Positions 1-18,500 of a stretch of 64,000 bases of DNA are shown in pieces (the first letter of the stretch is position 1; each line of letters starts with the position of its first letter). The DNA lies in assembly GCA_009103225.1 (NCBI GenBank), contig RHPI01002955.1:154486-218485 (forward strand), read 5' to 3'. The stretch comes from Chlorokybus atmophyticus (lineage: Eukaryota; Plantae; Mesostigma and Chlorokybus algae). The notes under the pieces were generated by a model. That model worked only from the letters and a program-made list of their open reading frames with translations, was not told the origin of the DNA and searched no databases. Both the position numbers and the translations under genes were made by a program.

Positions 1-1341
1 TGAAAGCGCCGTGGAGTGAGTTGCAAGTCAACAAGCTCCTAAGCAAGGACGCTTGGAAAATGGACACAGTGGTCACGCAATGTATGTGTGCGGGGATGTG
101 TAGCCAAGTGAGACGAGATCACACACCACAAGCACCAAGTGTGCAAGTGTGAGCAAGCATGGTTACGACTGAACAATAAGTGGGGTGCGAGCAAGCATTG
201 CAGCTGTGTAGGAATGATGCAGTGTGCAAGTAGCAAATGCGATGGCCACAACCATGAGCAAAGAGTGTACACTTGCAAGTGTGCACTTTTTGCGGGCAAC
301 GGGCAAAGGCCAATCCGTGGAAACACGACAGTTTGTCGGAATATCTGATCTACTAACAGCACGTACTCAACTATCACTGAACTACTTGTACTGCGGGGCT
401 CTACTCCATCAAGCCTCGGGCGCTCATCGGCTCCAATGTGGGCCAACGGTTAGTCTCTGGCGGTGCCACCGCCACTTCTGCTCAAGTTCGTCTACTAGCA
501 ACTCACTTTCGATGCTTGCTGCGGGCTTCACCTCCGTCGGCTGTCAACACGGCCCGTCGCCATGTTGACCGCGTCCTGATTGGTCGAGACCCATACTGGC
601 AGGTGGCTGTAGGCGCGGCCCGCTAATATAAGGGCTGCGTCCCGTTTGGCAGAGATGTTGCTGGCAATTTGAAAGCGGGTTGAGAGATCTAGGCACCATC
701 AGGACAGTCTTTGGTGTAGTGTGCAGTGCGAGAGAGAAGTGGGTGTTGAGGGTCACCGTTGTGACACGGTATATAAAGGTTAACGATAGCGTGCAACATG
801 CAAAATATGTGCATGTTTCAATGATAATATCATCTCATTGCTTGAGTAAATTAACCTTTTGAATATTTTTTGGTATTCACGAAAACACTATTATATGACC
901 TGAATGCGCATGATAATTATGCATGCTTAGCTTTTTTGCAACTCATATGTTAACTAATCCGAGTGCATATAAACACCGGACGCATACTGCACAATTGACC
1001 CGGACAACCCTTTTTCCCCATTGCTCTAAGCCATAGGCACTCTAGTGCGTTCATTGTGTCATTGCCTTGACGCACCGGTAGCGAAAAGCAGTATCCACCT
1101 TCATGCATGCGCATGGCAAGCAGAACATACAAGAATATTCGTATATGCGGTGCTAGTATTGGTGTGACATTTCGCCCTTCATCTGGAATGATTCCCTCTG
1201 ATACAGGAACCGCACAGAGTGAGAGAGATTCCTTCCTTCACCGCCAGACTAGTAAGAGGATTAGTAAGAGGTGCACGCCGCTAAGCTCTGACAGAGAGAG
1301 AGACAGAGAGAGCGGCCTGATCGTGGCTTCAACCCCACATT

Positions 1342-3543
<2,202 letters not shown>

Positions 3544-4800
3544 TAGTTCTTTCTTATTCTTGTCGCTCAGCGGCAATTACTGCTGGAACGGATTGGGAAT
3601 GTCGCCCTCATTGAGTAGTAACGATGATGCTGCATTTGTTACCCTTTCTTGGTAAAGCTTCCAACGGGTGTTCTGCGATGAAAGTTCATTCGTTCGAGAG
3701 AGACCTGAAGTTTACTCAAGGAAGGCTGATGTGTTTATTCCAAATGCTGTTACCGTTGATATGCACGCTTGAGGGTGAAGGTATCGTACCCATTGTACAC
3801 TTTCCATTCATCTTTTTGAGTGTACATAGTTAGAGTCATTCGCGCTGGCTACCACCCAATGCTCAATAGTTCTTCATTTGACTACTACTAGTTGCTGCAG
3901 TGTTTGCTGAGCTGCTCAGACATGCGCATATGCACATTTTAGTTTGTGCCTGCTGGCTACTACAATGGTGGTACCCGTCGTATGTAGATGTTGGAAGGGT
4001 TAACTATCTGCTGTTGCGTGATGAAGTCAATATGCTGTGCCTTTCTCACAACGCTCAGTGCACTTGCCTTTGTAACTTGCCCTCCTGCGTAGGACAATTC
4101 AAAGCGAGGCGCACAATGCAAGGCTCAGAACCGCACCAGCCAGCTACAAACATGCCTTATAGAGCGTTGATGACTTTTAGAGACGTAGGTTGCCACTTCC
4201 CAGCCCAACACCCTGACAACAACTACAACATTAATAACAACAGCTGTATGATATCATATGCACTCTGCCCTTCAGCTAGAGTATATACTCTAAGTGCATC
4301 CGATGCACATAGGGTTGTATAAGTTGACATATTGGTATGCTTGCAGGGACAGCCTCAACAGTAAAGTTGAGCTAAAGGTAGGGTGCCCTTGCCTTGTCCG
4401 GCCACGTCTGCGTTTACGAGCGCCCCATTCTAAGGACTCCGGTCTGCGCTTAATAATATTAAGCACCAACTGAAGCGCTAGCATATAGTGCATATCAAGC
4501 CAAAATGCAACATATACCGTACTCCATAATAAGCTTTTTGATTGTATGTATGCTAACGGTGTATACAATCAGGGTGACCATATGAGTAGACATAATACAG
4601 CATGATGATACGTATGACATGTTGATGCGTGCTGATGTGTACACACCACAGCACACATCATCAAGTTATGTTGATTGGTACTTAAAATGCTATCTTTGAT
4701 TACAACGAGTGAGTCTTGTAATATTACATAAATAGACAACAATTTATCACTAATTACCCATGCATGCGTATATGGGCACAAAGGAAGGGGGCGGGGAAGG

Positions 4801-4845
4801 GGGTTGGGGTTGGGTTGGGTTGGGTTGGGTTGGGTTGGGTTGGGG
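4801..4845 (+). repeat. (TTGGG)n short tandem repeat, potential G-quadruplex
   Basis: About 8 consecutive GGGTT units visible in the sequence. Confidence 0.8.
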
Positions 4846-5913
4846 TGGTGGTGTTATTGCATGGGTGTTAACGTGCTGTAACGTACGTGGTGAGATATAT
4901 GTAAGACATGTGCTCCTGCTGAAGTGAGCGATTTTACACAAGCTAAGTGAATAGAACTCCATTCATAACACGTTGTCGATCTCGACTGTTGAATGTGCAT
5001 ATGCTGTGACTTGCGATATTATGTATTAATGCATATCACATCATTCTATACGGTATGTAGCGTGCTGTGTATACTCGAGCCTCAATCCGTCGGTTTTTAA
5101 TTCAGATATACCTGGTATACCTGTATTTCACTTACTCACATACACCACATGCAGATACCGTGGTGCATTACAGCGTGCAACGACCGTGCACATATCTAAT
5201 AACGTGGCAGAGATATTCTGGTGGAATAATAATAATATCAAAACAACACGCACGCCCCACTTTGTAAGCGGCCGCTTTGCACTTTAATCCCCTTCATAAT
5301 GTTATGGGAATCTTTTGCATGCTGTACGCCGTTTCGTCGGTCCTCAAGCTAGCGCGCATGCGTACGCGCATTAGTTCGGCCGCGACTTGGCACGTACAGC
5401 ATGTGTTTTACCGTACGAGTGCGACGTCATCGCTACACTGCTGACGCGTGCGACCAGCAATCACCTGTTGCCATGTGGACGGCTATGACCGGCGATGATA
5501 TCTATACTGTTGCATTCAATGGTATGCTGCCGGACACACGCATGGTGTACCCACACGTACGTTCGACGTACGTAGGTACACCATCTGTACCCCACTTGAT
5601 GAAACTGACGAGTTTTATACCACAAGGCGGAATGAACCCTACTGCTGCGGTAGTGCTGCCTCCTTGCCCCGGTCGGTTTGTCAAGAATTAAGGCATAACG
5701 TCTCATGCTGTACTGCCATCAATAGGACTGCTCACACGAGTTGCCAGGCGGTACGTCACCACGTACGGTACACGGCAGGCTCTGAAAGCGGTGTTGATGT
5801 CATCACATGGCATCATTAGCACTCTTCTCTTGTGCCTTAGCCGCTACGGCGGTGGTGTGGCTGAGGGTGTGAGGGGTGTTGGTGTTGGGGAGTGAGGGTT
5901 CAGCTGCTGTGTC

Positions 5914-7123
5914 ATGGAGGGCATGATGAATGCAGGAGGAGGAGGAGGAGGAGGAGGAGGAGGTGTGGGTGCTATGGGTGGTGGGGTGTATGCCAAGCAG
6001 CACAAGGGGACGCTGCCTGGGCACTTGATGCCCGGGGCGATGTTCATGGGGTTGGCGGCGTGGTGGTTGTACAACATATGCAGGCGGTACGCACAGAGGC
6101 ATCTGGCATGGTCGTTGTCCTTGCCCGTGTCTGTATCTTTGTCTTCGTCCTCTTTGTCCTTGTCGTCGCCCTCCTCCTCGTCGTCCCTGGCTCCCAGGAT
6201 GTGCCCATGCAAGCCGCCTCTCTCCAGTTTCGCCGGCAGGCCTCTGGGCTTCTGGCTAACCGGCAGCGACGACCATGCAGACAACACCCACACCCACACC
6301 AACGACATTGCCGCTACCATCCCCTGGACCCGCCTAGGTGAGCCCCTCGCCGTCATCCTCCTTACCCTCATTGGCATCCTAGTGGAAGGCCACAGCTCCC
6401 ACTGGAACCTGAAACGCGCGGAGCACTCCACCATGTAAGCCCACCTCACCATGCATGTCCTGAACCACACCGCCGCCCCCATGCATGCCCCCATGCATAC
6501 CTCATGCATGTGGCCTTTCTTGCCCCAGGTACCTGGGCTTCGCTGTGGCGGCGGCGGTGGGGCTGGCGGGGTCTAGGACGTCGGCGGGGAGGGTGTGCAT
6601 GCCCAGGGGTGCTGAGCACATCCTCTACGCCCTTGCCTTCGCCGGTGAGGCCGCCATGATCGCCGGCCACGTCGCTGTGGACGTCCCTCCTGGCACTGCC
6701 TTGTGGCTGGCACACGAGCTACTGGCAGCCACAGCACTCGCCACTAGTCCAATACTGGTACTGATGGCCAGTTTGCCTCACTCCATACCAGCAGCGGCAG
6801 CAGGGAGCTATGCCACTATGCTTCAAGGGATGTGGTGGTGCCAGAATGGACTGTTTTTCTTCGGGCCAGTGCCGAGCCACCCGTCGTTTCTGGCAGTGTG
6901 GGAGGTGTTCGTCTGGCATGCAACGCTCCTGGCACTGCTCTATCTACTGGCAATGTATCTATCTGCACAAGCTACTATCAAGAACAATGATAAGATGCAT
7001 CAAGCCCAGCTGCAGTTCATTACAAACAGTGCCTGCACCCTCCTCGAACAGGCAAGAAAATGTCTTTATGATGCGTTGGCACCTGAGTATGATGTTGTCT
7101 TTTTGGCTGTTTGTGCAGGATGA
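5914..7123 (+). CDS. DUF716 / TMEM45-like multi-pass membrane protein, 2 exons
   Basis: Exons 5914-6434 and 6529-7123 (AT|G junction gives HSTM-YLGF). Motifs GTLPGHLMPGAMFMGLAAWWL, EHSTM and LQGMWWCQNG, plus several TM segments, are typical of plant DUF716 proteins. Confidence 0.8.
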
Positions 7124-7625
7124 TAATTACGTTTGTGAAAAAGTGCGGCTGGTGTCGCCTTGAAGGTTGCTGTATGAGAATAACAACAACAACAGTAACA
7201 ACAACCACAGGTTGTTTTGCGACCTCCCGCATTTCTCCGGCACTCTCTCACCCTTTTACTTGCCATTGTAAAAGGTCCTCTTCACCCTGCCTCACCTGTT
7301 TTGCATATGCAACTGCTGCTAGAGAATCGCCAATTCAGACACGCCGTGTTTGTGTACATTCAGAATCTCTGCCATAGTGAAATGTAGGTAGACGCATCAA
7401 GAAGTAGCTATACTTCACACCAGTAATGCTGTCACATTAACAATGTGCTGCTGGCTAAATGTGTAACACCATCAAGTTTGCGTGCATGATGATATATTGC
7501 ATGTGCGTGCACGTGAGGGTGTGTGCGTCTATGCATGGGTGCACGGGTGTGCCAACACAACGAACTCATACAGGTCTGTCTATTGCACCTTTTACAACTA
7601 AGTCATGTACATAACTATATACTCT

Positions 7626-10415
7626 TTACAGAATGTCTGATACAATGGTCCAAACCCCATTCTCCTCTGCCTTGCCATTGATAAGTCCAACAATATTGTT
7701 ATTATTGCTCCTCTTGCCACTCTCCTCACCAACGTGACCAACCATGTCACCATCATCATCATCATCGTGATTGTCGTGTGCATGCATCCCCACATTCATG
7801 TTGTTGGCTCGCTCCCGCCGAAGGCGATAAGCTTCTGTGAGTTGCCATTGACGGGAGCGCACGGCATCATCCACGTCATCTAACGAACCGTATGGAATGT
7901 TGGGCAGCTGCACTTTACCCGCTGTTGATGGGGATGTTGGGGTGGACGTTGGGTTGGGTGTTGGGTTGGATGTAGGGTGGGATGTTGGGTGGGGTGAAGT
8001 GGGTGAGGACGGTTTGGGAGTGGCGGTAGAGACGCGTGGCGGTGACTTGGCTTCACGCCTATGTGTGTATGCGCTGGTGAGCGCACGCACGCGGTCCTCG
8101 CGGTCTTCTTCTGGAAACAACTCACCCACAACACTTGCACTGCAACCGAAAGCAATGTGTCACAGATCTAAACCAAATACACCCAACATGTGGTGCACGC
8201 GTGTGTCCCTCACCTTGTGGTTGGTGATGTGTATGTTGGTGGTGTGAACGACGAAGCCATCTGCACAGTGGCAGCATTGCTGTTTTCGCCCTCCACGCGC
8301 TTGTTGTTGGGTTTCTTCCCCTTCTTTGCATGCGGCAAAGACGGCAGCCTCGCGCTGGCAGATAAGGGCTGCTGAACTGCCTGCTGCTGATACGGCTGTT
8401 GAACTGGCTGCTGATACGGCTGCACATAGGCCTGCGGATACGGCCCCTGAACTGGCTGCTGATATGCCTGATACGGCTGCTGCATCGCCTGCGGGTGATA
8501 CGACTGCATCGGCTGTCTCGATACCGACTGCGGCATCTGCCAGGAGCGCATTGGCTGTGGGGAATATGTCAATGGAGGGGGCTGATACCGAAGAGGAGGA
8601 GGTTGGGGATAGTAATCACGCTCGTACTCTTCACCGTCGTTGTCGTCGTCCTCGTCGGGGAACACGGAGAACTTCAATGAATCCCACCATCTTGTCACCA
8701 CACCTGAGAGTGTAATAATCAGTCAGGTATTATACGTGCGCGCGTGCGCATGTGCACATGCATGCGCATGCATGTGTAGATGTGCGCATGGGCGTGGGCG
8801 GGTGCATGTGGGTGCGCACATGCGCATACGTGTGCGTGTGCGTGCTTGTGTGTTGTTCAATGGCATAATGGTTGTATCACCTTCGCGGACAAGGGCCGTG
8901 GCCATAACGAGCACGAGGCCGAGCAGCACAGGGCAGCCGGACGCCATGCTGGAGGCCCAACCGCCCGTTGCCGCTGGCGGCGGGGGCGCCACAACTGGGT
9001 GACACAACAACAGTCTGTCAACAACCATGTAACAGCAGCGGAGTGACAAGTTCATTGCCACCGCACACTCAAACACGCATGTAGGCGCACGTACATGCGC
9101 AAGCGCATACATGTGCAGAAACTTGAATACACATGCACGCGCATGCATGTGTATACATGCGTGCTCGTGTGGGCTTCTGCATGTGCAGGCACATGTTTGT
9201 TCAGAAAGATGCCTGACTGCACGCGCACATAGGCACACGCATGTGCGCATGTGTATGCGTGCTTGTGCGCATGTATGCGTGCTTGTTACGGCGCGCGCGT
9301 GGGTGTCCTCAAGTGTGCGTGCGTGCGTGCTTGCGCCAATGTATATGAGCACATCTCTTACTTGGCGCAGCTACAGCAGTCACGAGTGGCGCCGGCCCCC
9401 CGCTCATCATCCCCGTCGTCACCCCCTTCGTCATCTCTCCAACAGTCGTCTCATGCACGGAACTCAACGCATCGTTGTCCACGTTAGCCGCACTGGTGGT
9501 CACAGCGGCCTCCTGGATGTCGGACAGACGCGATCGCGACATGCGACCGAAGTAACCCGTCGAGGGGAGACCGTGCTCACGCTGCCAGGAGGCGACCGCA
9601 GCACGCGTGGACTCGCCGAATTCACTGTGGTGCACATGCGTGCGTGAGTTGGAAATGTGGTCTTGCATGTGTGCTCACGCGCGCGTGCGCGTATAGACCA
9701 AAACTGTACTTGTGCATACTTGACTATGAGAGAGATAGAGATACAAGAGTACAGGTAAATGCGTCTGTCTGCCAGCAAACAACACTCCCGAGAAGGTAGA
9801 CATCACTCCTGTTAAGAACTACATGCAAAAGGATCTATGATTCAGTCATTCGCTCTGACTTGAGCTTGCGAAATGCACGCATTGCTCCCGTGTTATTACT
9901 CTTATTGCTGTCATCATCATCATCATCATCGACATGATCATTACACTAATTGTTGTTGACTCACCCGTCAATCTGGTTGGCACTGAGGTAGCTTCCTCTT
10001 GCGAGCCACCTCTGTAGCTTGCCTACCTCCGCTCCGCTGTCCCCCAGTCCAAGATCCCTATCAAACTCCACTACCGCCGCCGCCACCGCCGCCTTGTACT
10101 TCACCGCCGCCACGCCAGCCCTGCCAGGAACACGGACAGACACGCCGTCAGCGACATCCCTCACATGCTTGCTGAGGAGGGAGGTGATATGGCCATCCTG
10201 GCACATATGCAGTGCACAAATGCTCGCCTGCGGCGGCGGCGACGGCGCAAGCTGGGGGAGAAGGCCAGGCCCGTCCTTGTTGATGGTAATGTTGTGGTCG
10301 CTGACGACGTTGCCCTTGGCGGCATCCTGGACGTCATCGCCGCCGCCGTTGTCGTCAAGGGCGGCGGCGGTGTCTTCGTCGGCGACGACGCATAGCTCAT
10401 CCCCGCCACCTGCAT
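7626..10415 (-). CDS. Peptidoglycan-binding domain (PG_binding_1) protein with single TM helix and Q/P-rich tail; putative plastid transit peptide
   Basis: Splicing across 9965/9624 gives DLGLGDSGAEVGKLQRWLARGSYLSANQIDGEFGESTRAAVASWQREHGLPSTGYFGRMSR, the PGBD three-helix pattern. Further exons 8994-8881 (TM: VLLGLVLVMATALV), 8703-8214 and 8139-7626 join in phase. The N-terminus is S/T/A/R-rich; the first intron and start codon are uncertain. Confidence 0.75.
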
Positions 10416-10852
10416 GGCAGTATACAATAGTAGAGACCTTTTAACACCAATTCCGCCCCGTCCTTGTCCTCCTCCTCCTCCTCCTCCTCCGCCGCCGCAA
10501 CGGCCTCAGCCAGCAGCGCAGAAAAGCGCGCCATTTTTCGCCTGTTGCATGGTTAGATTACACCACAGGCTACGGCCCCAGATGACGATTGGTATCACGT
10601 CTCTCTCAGATACGCAACGGGTACATCAGAGCGTATCTATGAATATCGCAGCTGCGTTACGTCACCAAGGCGTAACCAGCATAGTCACGTGACCACGGTA
10701 ACCTGCATTACGTCACTCAACTATACTGTTACCCCAGTCGTTTCTTTGGCCTGATCAGGCCGATCAGGCCGAGCAATAGCAAAAGCCTGGTGCCTCCCGA
10801 TGTCCGTCTTCCTCTGCTCTCTCTGTCCATGAGACTTTCATCTTCTCAGCCT

Positions 10853-11066
10853 ATGGCCTCCGCTCGTGTGGTGGGTGCGGCGGCGGCGTTGTCCTCCTCC
10901 CCCCGGTTCGGCTCGGCCTCCAACTCCCCGCTCATGCCGTCGACGCCCAGGAAGAAGCGACGCAACAGCCCTGCGGGAGTGATACTGGCGGGGGGGACGA
11001 GCAGGCTGGGGCAGTATTTGGAGAGTATGGATAAGGGGAAAGCGGCACGGAGATTACTTGCGCTGG
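10853..11066 (+). CDS. Probable first exon of a gene truncated by the CT run/gap; [13 protein letters not shown] resembles a nucleotidyltransferase (MobA/NTP-transferase) N-terminal motif
   Basis: GC-rich ORF head-to-head with the PGBD gene, ending at donor CTG|GTGAGG just before the (CT)n run. The family call rests on one short motif. Confidence 0.35.
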
Positions 11067-11079
11067 TGAGGGATTGTTG

Positions 11080-15205
<4,126 letters not shown>

Positions 15206-15599
15206 GCGGGGGGGGGAGTGTGTGAGAGATTGTGCATGCGCACAAATGCAGGGTGATGCACGCGTGCGTTGGCATGCACAAAGGTTTGAGCGGGCACGCA
15301 CACACACGTGCATACGCACACGCGCAAGCACAAGCACACGCAAGCATGCTCGCACACACGCACACACTACGACGATACGCACACACGTGCGTGCGTGCGT
15401 GTGATTGGTGCGCACACATATTCTCACGCACGCATGTGTGTGCGTATGTGCTAGTCATCTCACGCACGGACACGCACGCACGTGCGTGTGCACCTACACC
15501 CTTACACACACACACAAACACCACACACTGTTTCTCGTGTGCACACGCACATGTGCAAGCACATGCGTGTGCACACACACGTACAACACTCTCTCTCAC

Positions 15600-18500
15600 C
15601 TTGTACACCTTATGCTTATCGCACAGGTTATCGAAATCCGTGAACAGTCTATTCAGAAACACGACGAGTTTCAGCGCGCCGAGCTGCGCCGATAGAGGCG
15701 TGAACCCCACGATGTCGGAGAAGAGGCAGGTGGACTCGCCGTAGTAGTCGACGATGTTGCGGCTGCCGCGGCGGAGGAGGCGACCGATCTGGGGGGGGGG
15801 ANGTGGGTTGGGTGGGGGTGGGGGAGGGGGAGGGGAGCGTGTGCGTGTGCGCGTGCGTGTGTGTGTGTGCACACATGTTTCACACGTACGCGCACGCACT
15901 TGCACGCGTGCGCGTGCATGCGCGTGCGTGTATGCGTGTGCTTGCACACACGCACATGCACACTTGCGTGCATCTGCGCTTGCATGCGTGCGCGTGTGTT
16001 TGTACGTTTGGTTTGATCTGCGCTCACCTTTGGTGGCACCAGATCGTACAGCAATCGATCCGATATCTTGTTCTGTCTCTTGAGCTCTTCTTGCAACAGA
16101 AACCAGCTCCTACTCTTCAATTCCGTCTCCCTCACCGCTAGCACTAACAACAGCAACTCCACCACTATGAGCGCCAGGTCCACATACGGGTACTCTTCGT
16201 GTTGCCCGTTGTTGTGTCGCGGCAGCGTAACCACCACAGCGACGTAAAACAGTATGGCGCAGGACGAGACAAAGGTCGCGTATATGAACCGTAAAGCACA
16301 AGCCAACATGAGCACTTGGAGTGCTATCACCGTGGTCATGACGACACACTCCCCCAGCCTCATATTCAACCGCATCACCGCGAGGAGTGTCGACACGCCC
16401 ACGCCACACACACTCAGCGCAGACATCACCTCTTGGCTCCATCTTCGCTTTAACGTCAGCAGCAAAACGCCAGCGCAAGCGATGAGAGTGTAGTTCAAGC
16501 GAACGAGGAAAGCGATGAGCAACCAGGAGTAACTGCGGCGCTGGAGGATGTCGACGGCAGTGGTGGGGAGTAAGGTGGCGCAGAAAACAGCGAGGACGAC
16601 CTGTGTGGGTGGGTGGGCGTGTGTGTCTGAGTGTGTGTATGTGGGTGTGCGGGCGCGCGTGCATGCGTTCACGTGCGTGTGTGTATGCGTACACGCGCAT
16701 GTGCGTGTGCATCGGTGTGTCTGTGTGTGCGCGTACACACATGCGCGCACACACATACAAGAACACATGAGCGCATGTTTGCGCGCACACCCGCATGCTC
16801 ACACATGCGTGTAAGGTAGTGAGACAGACAGTTGTCAACCAGTTGTATACCACCTCCCCCAACCTACCTGCATTTGTCGCAAGCTCGCTCGATTCCACCT
16901 ATTGCAATAGCTGTTCTCAAGCTCTTTCTCTCTGAAGTTGAGCGTGATCGGGTGGAGCGGCGGCGTGTGGTTGTGGACGTGGTGATGGTTACTGTGGCGG
17001 TGGTGTTGGTGGCGAGCGCTGCTGCTGCGACGCATGCTGGAAGTGCCGCCACCCTTGGGGGGTTTGCGTGTGATGGAGGCGTGGAAGTGGTGGACGCTTG
17101 AAGGCATACATGTCCACCACCACTGTGACCAAAACCAATTGAGACATGTGAAGACAAACACACACGCGCACGGACACGCGCGCGCACACGCACACACAGG
17201 CATGCAACTATGCACACGCGTGCACGCACCCACTCGCACACCCACACACGCACGCACACATATGCACCCACACTTACATGCACACGTTCATATGTGCATG
17301 CGCACGCGCACGCACATGCACGCATGCACGCGCGCACATGTCATGGCGATATAGTTGTTAACAACAAACAAGCCCTTCTCACCAAATTCCATCTGTTCCA
17401 CCCCACAAGCTGCATCTTATCTCCCGTGTTCGATCCCGTCGGTGAGCTCGACGTCGAGAGCGGTTGCGGCAAGTTCAGCTGTATCGTCGTGGCCAAGTTC
17501 GATGGTACCGGGGACGCGGGCGACATCGCCAAGGTCGCCGAAGGAGATATGGACTTTGGAATATCAGTATCAGAGTTGATATCCGCGGCGATATCGGCGG
17601 GATCCCAGTGAGGCTGAGGGAGACTCATAGTGAGTCTGTGAAGAAATTCTTGTTGTCTGTCTTCGGCTGCATCCTCCTCCTCATTGTCATTGTTGTCATT
17701 GTCATTGCTGTTGTTCTTGTTGCTGCCAGTGTTGCTCATCGTATTGTTGTTGTTGTTGTTGTTGTCCGTCTTGGTGTCTACTGTTGGGTTGTCATCGAGC
17801 GTGCTCTGGTTGTGTGTGATGCTATTGTTGCTGTTGTTGCCCTTGGGTGACAAGTCAGCCATGATGTTGTCGGCAAGTAACCGCTCTTCAGCGTATTTGT
17901 CGCTCAGTAAGAAGAAGGTCTCCATGGCACCCTTGCCCTTGACCTCGATGACGCCACGGCTCTCAATCTCAAAGCCACCGGCTGCCTGATGAAGTGTGCG
18001 TGTTAGCGAAGTGCACTATGCGTATGTTTGTGTGGTCGCGCACGTGGCACGATGAGCACACGCAGACACACGTGCAGGTACATGCGTATGCGTGAGCATG
18101 CGTATGCGCACGTGTATGTGTGGGCCCGTGCATGTGAAGCTATAAAGCAGTTGCAACCCAGCACGCACCTCCAACAGTTGTTGCGTCGCTTTGGTCATGT
18201 GCGCCTTTCCAGGTGCCCCGTGACTGCACAAACCAAACATGATTCAACTCTCAGCACCATTGCTACCAACACACGCACCCACCCACCCACCCACCCACCC
18301 CACCCATACACACCTTGCCATGCGCGACGCCGTGTTGACCGTGTCCCCGAACACCCTGTAGTTGAGCTTCTTGAGCCCGATGACCCCCGCCACCACGCTG
18401 CCGGAATGCATGCCGATCTTCACCTCAAGCGGGATCATCGCCTTCTTTGCAGTCTAGTGGGACAACATTGCGTGCTTGATAGATGCAGTTGTACTCAGCG

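Noticed and set aside
39-862. Cys/His-rich short ORFs at the window start
   Set aside because: No recognisable domain or consistent splice pattern; stops interrupt the most suggestive frame.
4801-4845. TTGGG repeat as an interstitial telomere
   Set aside because: Very short and not the plant TTTAGGG unit; treated as a microsatellite.
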